Below, piece by piece: positions 1-9,877 of a stretch of 64,000 nt of DNA. Under the pieces are notes generated by a model. That model was not told the DNA's origin, did not search any database, and saw only the letters and a list, made by a program, of their open reading frames with translations. The translations under genes were made by a program, and so were the position numbers. The stretch is from Bacilli bacterium (GTDB lineage: Bacteria; Bacillota_I; Bacilli_A; RFN20; UBA1709): assembly GCA_050949315.1 (NCBI GenBank), contig JBMNFL010000001.1, positions 736,001 to 800,000 of the forward strand. Reading direction: 5' to 3'. Position 1 is the stretch's first letter. Every line of letters begins with the position of its first letter.

Positions 1-389
1 CTTTCTATTAAACTTTGAATATTTAAATCGCGGGGACTAACTCCATTAGTAGCCGAAATAACCCCATATAAAATGTGATATAGTCCGTTATAGTCGCGGG
101 CTTTTTCAATAGCAAACGCATCTTTAGGGTTTTGAACAACACAAACTATTTCTTGATTGCGCCGTTCATCAGCGCAAACATCACAAACATTTTGATCCGT
201 AATCTGTCCACAGATAGAACAGCGATGTAATTCTTTTTTAGCGTTGATTAAAGAGGCGGCAAACGCCTTTATTTCTTCTTCGTCCATTTCTAATATCTTA
301 TAAGCTATTCTTTCGGCTGATTTTAAGCCTATACCAGGGAGTTTTTTTAAGGCATCTATTAATTCTTCAAATGCTCTAGGATAACGCAT
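1..389 (-). CDS. recR: Recombination protein RecR (partial; runs off window start)
   Basis: Manual translation from ATG at 389: MRYPRAFEELIDALKKLPGIGLKSAERIAY... (HhH), then CSIC...CDVC zinc finger and the start of Toprim (VCVVQNPKD). Missing from the ORF track because it is truncated. Confidence 0.95.
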   Translation of the reverse strand, partial: MRYPRAFEELIDALKKLPGIGLKSAERIAYKILEMDEEEIKAFAASLINAKKELHRCSICGQITDQNVCDVCADERRNQEIVCVVQNPKDAFAIEKARDYNGLYHILYGVISATNGVSPRDLNIQSLIE

Positions 390-390
390 G

Positions 391-2301
391 CTATTCCTCC
401 TCTATTTCTATCAAAGAGCCAAAAATCCGACGACCAAGTTCCAGCTTTTCATCTATTGGGGCTGGCTCGTGGTTTTCGACTTCTTCTCGACTATAACGAT
501 CGACAATCAAATAAGGCTGAGGTAATGTTTGGCTTTTCATTTTGTCAATATAATGAAGTTTTAAAAGTTGGAAGTCGTTCTGTGCTACGCCCATAAAGCA
601 ATAATCTCCACCTAATAACTCTGTTAAAAAATCTTTTATGACGTAATAATTTTCTTTGCGATTGATTGAATCAGCGCGAGGTTTAAAATCAAAAGCGATA
701 ATAATTCCTTTCGGTCCCGCAGCGATTGGCCCACTATCTAACAACAAAGAGGCTGCCCGATTGTAGTTGGGTTTAGAGGTGTAGTTGTTTATTAAACTCC
801 ACCTTCCGCGAATGAAAGAAAGGTCTTCTTTAGTGGCTTGAAGCATATAATTTATAGCTTCTTCTTCAGTTATTTCCTTTTGTTTGCTTTTCTCGCTTTC
901 AAGTTTTTGATCTTCGTCGTCGTTAATTTGCTCATCGCTCATTTTTTGTTCGTTTTCTATAAAATCTTCGCTTTTTTGTAAATTATTCTCACTTTTTTCA
1001 TCCAACAGGGTCGTTTTTCCGTCTAAAAGGGTGTTTTCGGTCTCTTTTTGTGATTCATCGACAACAGCTTCTTCTTCCTTTTTTTCAATTTCTTTTTCTT
1101 GTTTTTCTACTTTTTTATCTTCAACAGGCTGCTCTTCGTGGTTTTTTTCAACAAAACTCTCTTCTTCTTTATTGCCGAGTTTTTCTATCTCGATATTTTT
1201 ATCTACTACAAAAAATTCCCCTTTGCTTTCACAATTACAAAGTTTTAAAACCGCCAATTCAAAATAAGCCTTGGCCGTGTGAACGCGACGATAGTTATTA
1301 TTTGCTTCAAGTAAAATGTCTATATACGCTAACGCTGTTTTAGAATCTATTTTAAGGTTTAGCTTTTGGGCTTGCTCACGATTGATTATTTTTAAAATTT
1401 CTGTGTTGCCTGTTTTGTTATAAATAATAATTTCTTTTAAAATGTTTATCAGCAAATTTGTTAGGCGAACTAAATCTATTCCCTTTTGATCAAAGTCATC
1501 AACAACTTTTAAGGCACGATCTATTTCTCCTTGATTAAAAATATCAATAAACGATATCGCTTCTTCCGTTGACAAAACGCCATAGATATCACGAACGTGT
1601 TGCTCCGTTAAATTATCTCCCGCATAAGCGATTGTTTGGTCTAAAATCCCTATGGCATCTCTAACCCCGCCGTCAGCTAAGGTTGACACTAGAGAAACTA
1701 CTTTAGGTTCATAATTTATTTTTTCTTTTTCTAAAATGATTTTTATTCTTTTTTCAATATCAACATTTGAAATGCGCCCAAAATCAAATCTTTGACAACG
1801 CGAAATAATGGTTGGCAAAACTTTGTGAACTTCGGTTGTTGCTAAAATGAAAATAACATTGATTGGTGGTTCCTCTAAAGTTTTAAGAAGAGCGTTAAAC
1901 GCGCTTGGAGTCATCATATGAACTTCATCGATAATATAAACTTTATATTTTCCTTGAATTGGGGCATATTTGACTTTTTCAATTAATTCACGAACTTCAT
2001 CAACGCTATTGTTGCTGGCGGCATCTATTTCAATAACATCTGGGTGAATTCCCTCAGCAATAGCTTGACAGTTTTCACAGTTCCCGCACGGTTTTTCTCC
2101 GCGTCCTGTACAATTAATTCCTTTAGCAATTAACTTTGCAATCGTTGTTTTTCCTGTGCCTCTAGGCCCAGTCAAAAGATAAGCGTGTGCTATTCGCTCA
2201 TTTTTGATTGCGTTTTTTATTGTCTGAATTATATATTTTTGCCCTACAACTTCATCGAACACTTGTGGTCGATAAAGCCGATATAATGCTCGATATGCCA
2301 T
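391..2301 (-). CDS. dnaX: DNA polymerase III subunit gamma/tau
   Basis: ALYRLYRPQ, Walker A GPRGTGKTT, zinc Cys cluster, IDEVHM, SRCQRF; acidic low-complexity linker. Confidence 0.97.
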   Translation of the reverse strand: MAYRALYRLYRPQVFDEVVGQKYIIQTIKNAIKNERIAHAYLLTGPRGTGKTTIAKLIAKGINCTGRGEKPCGNCENCQAIAEGIHPDVIEIDAASNNSVDEVRELIEKVKYAPIQGKYKVYIIDEVHMMTPSAFNALLKTLEEPPINVIFILATTEVHKVLPTIISRCQRFDFGRISNVDIEKRIKIILEKEKINYEPKVVSLVSTLADGGVRDAIGILDQTIAYAGDNLTEQHVRDIYGVLSTEEAISFIDIFNQGEIDRALKVVDDFDQKGIDLVRLTNLLINILKEIIIYNKTGNTEILKIINREQAQKLNLKIDSKTALAYIDILLEANNNYRRVHTAKAYFELAVLKLCNCESKGEFFVVDKNIEIEKLGNKEEESFVEKNHEEQPVEDKKVEKQEKEIEKKEEEAVVDESQKETENTLLDGKTTLLDEKSENNLQKSEDFIENEQKMSDEQINDDEDQKLESEKSKQKEITEEEAINYMLQATKEDLSFIRGRWSLINNYTSKPNYNRAASLLLDSGPIAAGPKGIIIAFDFKPRADSINRKENYYVIKDFLTELLGGDYCFMGVAQNDFQLLKLHYIDKMKSQTLPQPYLIVDRYSREEVENHEPAPIDEKLELGRRIFGSLIEIEEE

Positions 2302-2347
2302 AATTCCACCTGCCTGTCTTTATTATACTTTTTTTAAGCTTTCTTTT

Positions 2348-2791
2348 CTATCTCTTTCTTTTGAAGTAATCTTTCAAAAGAACTTCGCATTCTTCTGCCA
2401 TAATTCCACCTGTATGCTTAACATAATGGTTTAAGCCTTGGAGATCAAAACTATAACAGAGTGATTCTACTCCTCCGCCTTTTTTGTCGGTCGCCCCATA
2501 ATATACTTTAGCAATTCTTGACTGAATAATTGCTCCGCAACACATTAAACATGGTTCTAAAGTAACATAAAGATCGCAATTGTCTAAACGCCAATTATTT
2601 AAATGTTTTGTTGCTTTTTCGATGGCGTTGATTTCTGCATGTCTTGTGGGGTTTTTTCTTTTTTCTTTGTTATTATGTCCGCGAGCAATAATTTTACCCT
2701 CATAAACAATCACACAACCAACTGGGACCTCATCAATAAGCGCGGCTTTTTTGGCTTCTTTCAACGCTTCTTTCATGTACTTGCAATCCAT
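2348..2791 (-). CDS. tadA: tRNA adenosine(34) deaminase
   Basis: EVPVG, HAE and TLEPCLMC motifs; next to dnaX and SRP RNA as in other Firmicutes. Confidence 0.92.
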   Translation of the reverse strand: MDCKYMKEALKEAKKAALIDEVPVGCVIVYEGKIIARGHNNKEKRKNPTRHAEINAIEKATKHLNNWRLDNCDLYVTLEPCLMCCGAIIQSRIAKVYYGATDKKGGGVESLCYSFDLQGLNHYVKHTGGIMAEECEVLLKDYFKRKR

Positions 2792-2813
2792 ATATGCTCC
2801 TCTTTTCTATTAA

Positions 2814-2897
2814 AACGCCATCGCACAAACCCTTTCTACTTATGGCTGCTACCTTCCGGTCCTGACCAGGTTCGTAGTGGAATCTTGCAATGGCACC
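2814..2897 (-). ncRNA. ffs: Signal recognition particle RNA, small (4.5S-type)
   Basis: Minus strand has the domain IV core GAACCUGGUCAGGACCGGAAGGUAGCAGC, closed by the stem GGUGCCAUUGCA/UGCGAUGGCGUU; TATAAT at 2901-2906 immediately upstream. Confidence 0.95.
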
Positions 2898-2937
2898 ATT
2901 ATTATATATGATTTGGCGCTTTTATTCTACTTTTTCT

Positions 2938-4122
2938 TCAAGCCCCTCTTTTTTTAAATAACTCTTCTACCATTAAAGACCACTTAACTGCCGTGTTCCC
3001 GTTTGCTAATAAAAATTTATATATTTCTTCTCCATCAGCAATTTCAAAATTTTCTCCAGCTTTATATGGAAGCGAAAACAAATCAGTAATTGGTATTTCC
3101 TTAACGATTTCCTGTTTATTTATTTCCCCAATATACGTTATTTTTTGATGATCAAGCATAACTTCTCCCTGACCGCTTTCAATTACCTTGTTTGGTATTA
3201 TCTTAATAACTGTAGCCTTATCCTTTAATATAATTTCTTTTTCACCAATTATTTTATTGATACTGTTTCTTTGCCATTCATACCATTGCTGTGGGTGTTC
3301 AAAATATTGATTATCTTCAAAATATCCCGTCTCTTTTATCCGTAATTTAAAACCACATTCTCGACAAAGTATTTCATCATTACGACAAAGTATTTTAAAC
3401 TCAGAGTCACAACTAGGACAACAATACAAAGTTGTTTCTAAACCCTCGGCCAATTTTTTCCCTTTAAATCTTTGCTGTTTTGTTCGATTCCATTCATGGT
3501 CATTAAACATTAATTTTTCGTTTATAATTTTTGTTATTTCTGCTATATCTTTCTCTTTGATTTCTTCTTTGCTAAAAAGTTGCTCTATTATTATTTCGAT
3601 TCTTCCTTTTCGCGAGCTTTTTGCCCATTTTGGTCGGCAAAGATAGCTGCCGTTAATCTTTACACTAACTACCGGCGCTGAACAAAGTTTTAATAATTTA
3701 GAAACAGTTGTTGGTAGCGGAAACCCAGCTCCACAACTCGGCAAACGCCCCGATGGAAAAAGTCCCAAAACGCCTCCTCTTTTTATAACCGACAACATTT
3801 CACGAACAGCTTTTAAATCTTTTTGATATTGAAATTTCGAAATTGTTCCCATTTGTTTTACTAGCCAACTAATTTTTTTGTTTTGAAAATGGCTATAACT
3901 TCCAACAAAATTGATGGCTTGCGGATAAAACGCTCCCTGTATTATGACAGGATCAAAAACCGCGGCGTGATTGGCGATTATAATATATGGTGGTTTAATT
4001 TTTTTAAGATTTATTTTATTAATTATTTTTAATTTATATTTATACTTTAAATAAGGCCACGCGAAAACATAGCAAAAAAACAGCACTATTTTATTTGGTT
4101 TTTTAGTTGCTGTTTTTTTCAT
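2938..4122 (-). CDS. Lysophospholipid/glycerol-phosphate acyltransferase (PlsC superfamily) with C-terminal zinc-ribbon extension
   Basis: NHAAVFD (HxxxxD), LFPSGR; CPSC...CREC in the C-terminal half. Confidence 0.8.
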   Translation of the reverse strand: MKKTATKKPNKIVLFFCYVFAWPYLKYKYKLKIINKINLKKIKPPYIIIANHAAVFDPVIIQGAFYPQAINFVGSYSHFQNKKISWLVKQMGTISKFQYQKDLKAVREMLSVIKRGGVLGLFPSGRLPSCGAGFPLPTTVSKLLKLCSAPVVSVKINGSYLCRPKWAKSSRKGRIEIIIEQLFSKEEIKEKDIAEITKIINEKLMFNDHEWNRTKQQRFKGKKLAEGLETTLYCCPSCDSEFKILCRNDEILCRECGFKLRIKETGYFEDNQYFEHPQQWYEWQRNSINKIIGEKEIILKDKATVIKIIPNKVIESGQGEVMLDHQKITYIGEINKQEIVKEIPITDLFSLPYKAGENFEIADGEEIYKFLLANGNTAVKWSLMVEELFKKRGA

Positions 4123-4123
4123 A

Positions 4124-5083
4124 TTACGCTTTATATAAATCGTAAATTGCTGTTAATGATTCAGCGTTTTCGATAACGTTTATGGCTTGTGATAACATTT
4201 TACCGATTGATAAAACCTTAACACGAGGACTTTCTTTTTGTAATGGAATGGTGTTTGTTACAACTATTTCCTCAAGCGCTGATTCTTCTAGTTTTGTTAA
4301 GGCGTCATTAGAAAACACCGGATGTGTACAGGCAGCATAAACTTTTTTAGCTCCTTTTTCAATTAGGAATTTGGTTGCTGCCAAAATTGTTCCGCCTGTA
4401 TCAATCATGTCATCAACTATTACAGCCACTTTATCTTTTACATCACCGATAATGTTGACTATTTCAGCAATGTTGGGTTTTGGACGCCGTTTATCAAAAA
4501 TAGCAATTGAACTGCTTAAATAATCTGCTAGATTGCGAGCACGAGTGACACCTCCGTGATCCGGCGATACAACAACAACCTCTTCTTTGGCTATTTCGCT
4601 TGCTAACTTGCGTCTTAGATAACGACCAATTAGATTAATTGCCGACATGTTATCTACTGGGCATTTAAAAAAGCCTTGAATTTGTGGAGCGTGAAGATCA
4701 AAAGAAACAACACGATCTACCCCCGCTGTTTGTAATAAATCAGCCACCAATCTAGCGGTAACTGGCTCTCTAGCTTTGGCTTGCCTATCCTGGCGACCAT
4801 AGCCATAATAAGGAATTATGCAAGTTATTTCTCTAGCAGATGCCCTATTCAAAGCATCGACAAAAATCAATAATTCCATCAACCTTTCGGTTACTGGTGC
4901 GCACGTTGATTGAACAACATAAACGTGCTTTCCTCTAACGCTTTCTAATGTTTCAACAATAATTTCGCCGTCCGCAAAATGTTTAACCTCACAAAGGCCG
5001 CGCCTAATTCCCAACATGGTACAGATTTCATCAGTCACCTTTACATTAGCCGTCAAGGCAAATACTGCAGATTTTTCAAACAT
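4124..5083 (-). CDS. prs: Ribose-phosphate pyrophosphokinase
   Basis: FADGE, PYYGYGRQDR, DLHAPQIQGFF, VDDMIDTGGT; start moved to ATG 5083 behind a G-rich SD. Confidence 0.97.
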   Translation of the reverse strand: MFEKSAVFALTANVKVTDEICTMLGIRRGLCEVKHFADGEIIVETLESVRGKHVYVVQSTCAPVTERLMELLIFVDALNRASAREITCIIPYYGYGRQDRQAKAREPVTARLVADLLQTAGVDRVVSFDLHAPQIQGFFKCPVDNMSAINLIGRYLRRKLASEIAKEEVVVVSPDHGGVTRARNLADYLSSSIAIFDKRRPKPNIAEIVNIIGDVKDKVAVIVDDMIDTGGTILAATKFLIEKGAKKVYAACTHPVFSNDALTKLEESALEEIVVTNTIPLQKESPRVKVLSIGKMLSQAINVIENAESLTAIYDLYKA

Positions 5084-5179
5084 TCCCCCATCCCCCAACT
5101 TTCTCAAGAATATTTTTACTTTCTTTTTACTATCATAGCACAATCGCGTTGATTTGTTTCATAAACTTGTGTTTTTTTA

Positions 5180-6022
5180 TCAATTTATTTGATGAACAAT
5201 TTTTACAAACGGATATTTGTTTTTTAATTTTTCTTCACAGGCCTTAAGAAGATCTTTATCTTGACTTAAAGCGTAAACACAACTGCCACTTCCAGACATG
5301 CCAACATAATCAAATCCTTCTTTTTCTAAAACTCTTTCGACCTCGTTTATTTCGGGGCAAAGAATTTTTGCTCCGGCTTCTAAATCATTAAAACAATCTT
5401 TAATTAACGCGGCATAATTTGCGTTTTCGAGATGCTCACGAACTCTATATTGTAGCGACTTTGTCGGTGATTTATCAAAAGCATCATATGCTTCTTTAGT
5501 TGAAACGACACCCGATGGTTTAACTAAGATTAAATTTAATTTTAATGGTGTTTTTATAGGAATAATTTTAGAACCGTCTTCAGCGATGACCGCTAATTTG
5601 TTATAAATGAAGAAAGGGACGTCACTTCCAACTTTAATCCCAATGTCTGCTAATTCTTTTTTTGTTAATTTTAAATCGAGCAATTCATTTAACGCCACCA
5701 AAACTGCGGCTGCATTTGAACTTCCGCCCCCTAGCCCAGCCATCATTGGGATTCTTTTAATAATTTTTACATCTACTCCCTTTTGGAATGGATGTTTCTC
5801 TTGAAGTGCTTTTATTGCTCTATAACAAATGTTGTCTTGGTTAATAGGAACATCTTTTTGATCTGAACTTATTTTTATTTTGTTGCTGTTATTTAAATTA
5901 ACAATGACGTCATCAAATAACGAAACCGGCATGGCGACCGAATTGATTAAGTGCATACCGTTTTCGCTTTTCCCTAGAATTTTTAAACCAAGATTTACCT
6001 TCGCGTAACTTTTAACAATCAT
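5180..6022 (-). CDS. ispE: 4-diphosphocytidyl-2C-methyl-D-erythritol kinase
   Basis: AKVNLGL, KRIPMMAGLGGGSSNAA, GSDVPFF, MSGSGS. Confidence 0.95.
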   Translation of the reverse strand: MIVKSYAKVNLGLKILGKSENGMHLINSVAMPVSLFDDVIVNLNNSNKIKISSDQKDVPINQDNICYRAIKALQEKHPFQKGVDVKIIKRIPMMAGLGGGSSNAAAVLVALNELLDLKLTKKELADIGIKVGSDVPFFIYNKLAVIAEDGSKIIPIKTPLKLNLILVKPSGVVSTKEAYDAFDKSPTKSLQYRVREHLENANYAALIKDCFNDLEAGAKILCPEINEVERVLEKEGFDYVGMSGSGSCVYALSQDKDLLKACEEKLKNKYPFVKIVHQIN

Positions 6023-6849
6023 TTTCTTCTCCTTATTAAATTTTTAATTAATTCTGTTAGTTCTGTTTCTTTTAATTCACCAATTCGTTTATTACTGTCT
6101 ATATTTAAATTGGTTAACACTTTTTTTCTTTCTTCTTGATCCTCAATTATTTTTTCTAAATTGTTAAAAAGCGTTTTTCGCCTTTGAGAATATAAAACTC
6201 TAATTATTTCTAAAAACGCTGAACTATTAATGTTTTCCTTTTTTTCAAAAAACAAAACCGTTGAGTCAACTTTTGGCCGCGGGGAAAAATCGTTTTTACT
6301 TACTTCGATAATTTTTTGGGTTGTTGCTAAATACTTACTACAAAGCGTTAATTCATTCTCGTCTTTACCCCCAGAACTACTTAAAATGCGTTTAGCCACT
6401 TCTTTTTGCACCATCGCAATAATATCGATTTTTTTGTTAATATTGAGACATTTTACTAAAATGTCGCTGGTTAAATAATAAGGAAGATTGGTAACAATTA
6501 TGGTTTTTTCTTCAATTTCAAGTGTCTCTAGGTCAACCTTCATAAAGTCTTGATGTTTAAGTTCAAAGTTTTTATACTCTTTTAATTCTTCTTTTAATAT
6601 TGGGATTAGTTCTTCGTCAACTTCAAAACAAATTACTTTTTTGGCTTTTTCTAAAAGAAACTGAGTAAGCGCGCCAAGCCCAGGTCCAATTTCTAAAACC
6701 GTTGTCTCTTTATCAATAAAACCACAGTTAGCAATCTTTTCTGGAATTTTTGGTGCAATTAGAAAGTTTTGTCCGTATTTCCTTTTTATTTTAAAGTTAT
6801 ATTTCTTTAAAATTCTATTTGTTTCGGCTCTGGTTGCAATCCTATTCAT
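6019..6849 (-). CDS. rsmA: 16S rRNA dimethyladenosine transferase KsgA/RsmA
   Basis: GQNFL, LEIGPGLGALT, NLPYY, PRPKVDS. Confidence 0.96.
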   Translation of the reverse strand: MNRIATRAETNRILKKYNFKIKRKYGQNFLIAPKIPEKIANCGFIDKETTVLEIGPGLGALTQFLLEKAKKVICFEVDEELIPILKEELKEYKNFELKHQDFMKVDLETLEIEEKTIIVTNLPYYLTSDILVKCLNINKKIDIIAMVQKEVAKRILSSSGGKDENELTLCSKYLATTQKIIEVSKNDFSPRPKVDSTVLFFEKKENINSSAFLEIIRVLYSQRRKTLFNNLEKIIEDQEERKKVLTNLNIDSNKRIGELKETELTELIKNLIRRRK

Positions 6850-7384
6850 TGGTAATCGCCTCGATTTTTTGGCTTAACTCTTGTTTTGTTAATTTTAACA
6901 TGTTTAAGCGCTTATAAAATGTTTTAGCATTGCAATAGCCAATATTTAAATTTTTACCCAGCCTTTTTCTTAATAAGGCTGAATTTTTGTTGCCGTTTAA
7001 ACCAAGACCAAAAAAGTCCTCCCACCTTAGGTTTTCTCTTTTATTTTGATAACTGATACAACCATTTAAAGCTCTCATAATTGTTTCTTTACTTGCGTGT
7101 TCTACCCCTATTTTTTTTGCTGTTTTAGCTTCCTCTTTATCTAAAAAGGCCTGCTTAGCATCTGGAATTATCTTTAAAATTTCGTTTCTTATTTTGGTCC
7201 CAGGATAATCGGGATCAGTTAGAACGATAAATTCACGGCCTGCTTTTTGAAGTTGTTTAATTGTTATTTTAGTCTCTAAAGGCAAGGCTGTTCCATCGGT
7301 TTTAATAATGTCGGCCTTTAAAAAGCTTTGTAATTTTGTAATATCGTGTTTCCCCTCTACGATAATAACTTCTTTAATCTTCAT
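6842..7384 (-). CDS. rnmV: Ribonuclease M5
   Basis: IKEVIIVEGKHD, LTDPDYPG, IGVEHAS; conserved tatD-rnmV-ksgA order. Confidence 0.94.
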   Translation of the reverse strand: MKIKEVIIVEGKHDITKLQSFLKADIIKTDGTALPLETKITIKQLQKAGREFIVLTDPDYPGTKIRNEILKIIPDAKQAFLDKEEAKTAKKIGVEHASKETIMRALNGCISYQNKRENLRWEDFFGLGLNGNKNSALLRKRLGKNLNIGYCNAKTFYKRLNMLKLTKQELSQKIEAITNE

Positions 7385-8153
7385 CGCTAATACCAAAAAG
7401 CGCTAAAGCGTTTTTATAACTTTCCTTGGCTAATGTTATATAATCCTTCCCTAAAAGCGTGGCTGCTTCTTTAATAATTAATGTTATATTTGATGGTTTG
7501 TTTTCTTGACCACGAAAGGGGTGCGGGGCAAGGTAAGGACTATCTGTTTCAAAAATCAAACGCTCTGGCGAAACTGTTAAAAGAGCTTCTTTAGGTGTGC
7601 GCGCATTCTTAAAAGTTATTGGCCCAGCAAAAGAAATGTACATATTCAAGTCTTCATATAATTTAACCATTTCTTTGCTGCCAGAATAACAATGTATAAC
7701 ACCACGAATGATTTTTTCCTGATTCTTTTTTAAAATTTTATAAGTGTCTTCGCTAGCGTCTCGTGAATGAATAACAATTGGTTTTTTAAATTTATACGCT
7801 AATTCTATTTGTCTTTCGAACCAAACTTTTTGATCTGCTTTAGGTGTTTTCTTCCAATGATAGTCAAGTCCGATTTCACCAACGGCCACCACACATTTTT
7901 TAGTTAAAAGTTCTTCTAATTTAGCTAAACAATCGCTTGGTTGATTAAGAATTTCGTTTGGATGAACGCCAACCGCGGCATAACAAACATCGGGTTCTGT
8001 TTCGGCTATTTTTACCGCTTTAATAGAACTTTCTAAATCGTAGCCTATAATTACAAATTTGCTGACACCAACTAATTTAGCCTCTCTTAAAAAGTCTCTA
8101 TATTTCCCATACATTTTTCCGTTGTTTAAGTGACAATGTGTATCAAAAATCAT
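7374..8153 (-). CDS. tatD: TatD family DNase
   Basis: DTHCHL, GVHP, GEIGLDY, IHSRDA, ETDSPYLAP; start set at MIFDTH. Confidence 0.93.
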   Translation of the reverse strand: MIFDTHCHLNNGKMYGKYRDFLREAKLVGVSKFVIIGYDLESSIKAVKIAETEPDVCYAAVGVHPNEILNQPSDCLAKLEELLTKKCVVAVGEIGLDYHWKKTPKADQKVWFERQIELAYKFKKPIVIHSRDASEDTYKILKKNQEKIIRGVIHCYSGSKEMVKLYEDLNMYISFAGPITFKNARTPKEALLTVSPERLIFETDSPYLAPHPFRGQENKPSNITLIIKEAATLLGKDYITLAKESYKNALALFGISDED

Positions 8154-8154
8154 T

Positions 8155-9492
8155 TTACTTCCCCACACAAAAACGCGAAAAAACCTCATTGTCTAAATCA
8201 ATGTTGCTTTTTTCTCCCAAAATTTCCAGTAGCGCGTCTAAAGCCAGCCTTAAATCAATATAAATCAAATCAACTGGAACCATTTTTTTGCACGAAAGGC
8301 TTGCGTCCTCAAGGGCTCGTTTTGCTTTCTGCATTAAACCAATTTGTCTTGTGTTTGATAATAAGGCATATTGATCATATTCTTTAAGTTCAATTCCCGT
8401 TTTCTTAACAATTGCTTTTTTTAGTTCTTCTATGTTGTCTTTTTTTAATGCCGAAATAGATATGCCTTCTATTTTGCTTTTTATTCCTATATCTTTTTTG
8501 TTTAAAACGATTATATGGGGTTTTTTCTTAATTCCTGTCTCAATTTTTTGCCCTGTTTTGCTAGCATCAATTACATTGATGATAATATCTGCTTCGCTTA
8601 TAGCTTTTTTTGATCGCTCAACTCCAAGACTTTCGATTTTGTTAGTGGGGTTTCTTAATCCCGCGGTATCTAAAAACAAAAACGGTAAACCGCCAATTAT
8701 TATTCTTCCTTCAACGATGTCTCGCGTTGTTCCTGCAATATCTGTAACTATCGCTTTTTCTTCTTCTAATAAGGCGTTAAGCAGGCTGCTTTTCCCAGCG
8801 TTAGGCTTGCCGACAATAGCTACTTTTATTCCATCTCTTATCATTTGCCCCGTTTCTGCTTCTTCGAGAATTTTAGAGCTTTTTTCACTTAATATCTTTA
8901 TTCTTGGAAGCAAAATTTTATTTGTTAATTGCTCGATGTCTTCGTATTCTGGATAATCTATATTAACTTCAATTTGGCTAATAATATCTAAAAGATCGTT
9001 TTTTAAATCTTTTATTTTATTAGAGACACTCCCTTTGAGTCCTTGAAGCGCCACTTTTACTGCACTTTCGCTGTTGGCGCGAATCAAATCGTTGATTGAT
9101 TCTGCCTGAATCAAATCTATTTTCCCGTTGATAAAAGCTTTCTTTGTAAATTCTCCTTTTTCTGCAAGTCGCGCCCCAAATTTAATACATGCTTCAATTA
9201 TCTTATTGATTATAACTAAATTCCCGTGACAACTTATTTCAACCGTGTCTTCTCCGGTAAAGGTTTTTGGTGCTTTTGTTAAATTTACAACAACATCATC
9301 AATTACTTCTCCGTCGTTAATAATTTGCCCGTGTATTATTTGTGGGCCTTGGTCTTCGCTGATGGGCACACTAAAAATGTTGCGAAGAATCTTATGGGCT
9401 TCTTTGCCGCTCATTCTTATTAACGCCAAAGCGCTTTCAAATGGCGCCGTAGATAAAGCAACAATGGTATCATTAAACAAAAAGTTCACCAC
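8155..9492 (-). CDS. mnmE: tRNA modification GTPase MnmE
   Basis: DTIVALST, FTGEDTVEISCHG, GKPNAGKSSLLN, GTTRD, DTAG, C-terminal FCVGK. Confidence 0.97.
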   Translation of the reverse strand: MVNFLFNDTIVALSTAPFESALALIRMSGKEAHKILRNIFSVPISEDQGPQIIHGQIINDGEVIDDVVVNLTKAPKTFTGEDTVEISCHGNLVIINKIIEACIKFGARLAEKGEFTKKAFINGKIDLIQAESINDLIRANSESAVKVALQGLKGSVSNKIKDLKNDLLDIISQIEVNIDYPEYEDIEQLTNKILLPRIKILSEKSSKILEEAETGQMIRDGIKVAIVGKPNAGKSSLLNALLEEEKAIVTDIAGTTRDIVEGRIIIGGLPFLFLDTAGLRNPTNKIESLGVERSKKAISEADIIINVIDASKTGQKIETGIKKKPHIIVLNKKDIGIKSKIEGISISALKKDNIEELKKAIVKKTGIELKEYDQYALLSNTRQIGLMQKAKRALEDASLSCKKMVPVDLIYIDLRLALDALLEILGEKSNIDLDNEVFSRFCVGK

Positions 9493-9529
9493 CTTTAAAT
9501 ATATTATACATTTTTTGTTCGGTTAATAT

Positions 9530-9555
9530 AAAAAAAGTTGGTTTGGAACCAACTT
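9530..9555 (-). terminator. Intrinsic terminator of the rnf operon
   Basis: AAGTTGGTT-CCA-AACCAACTT followed by a T run on the minus strand, just after the rnfB stop. Confidence 0.8.
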
Positions 9556-9559
9556 AATT

Positions 9560-9877
9560 TTAAAGTTTTATTGTGCTGCCATCCGGCCCTGGCGTTTCAG
9601 CTAAATATTTCTTTATTGCTTCTTTCTGCTCAGGCTTAGCAACACGACAAGGATCTAAACTTTTTATTTCGCCTTTAACAATAGCGGCGGCAAAACCCGA
9701 ACACCCCGGTTTACCACAAGCTCCACAATTATAGCCAGGAAGTAAAGAGTTGACTGTTTCTATCCTTTCATCAGTCTTGACTGAAAAATAATGAGCACCA
9801 ACGGCACAAATCAAGCCCATAAGTCCTGCTATCGCTAAAAAAACCACAACGGCAGTAACAACATTTCCCCAGTTCAT
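9560..9877 (-). CDS. rnfB: Short RnfB-like subunit (TM anchor plus a single Fe-S domain)
   Basis: N-terminal TM helix, LPGYNCGACGKPGC...C Fe-S domain; no ferredoxin domains; last gene of the rnf operon. Confidence 0.85.
   Translation of the reverse strand: MNWGNVVTAVVVFLAIAGLMGLICAVGAHYFSVKTDERIETVNSLLPGYNCGACGKPGCSGFAAAIVKGEIKSLDPCRVAKPEQKEAIKKYLAETPGPDGSTIKL

Noticed and set aside
2603-2911. 102-aa plus-strand ORF
   Set aside because: Antisense to tadA and the SRP RNA.
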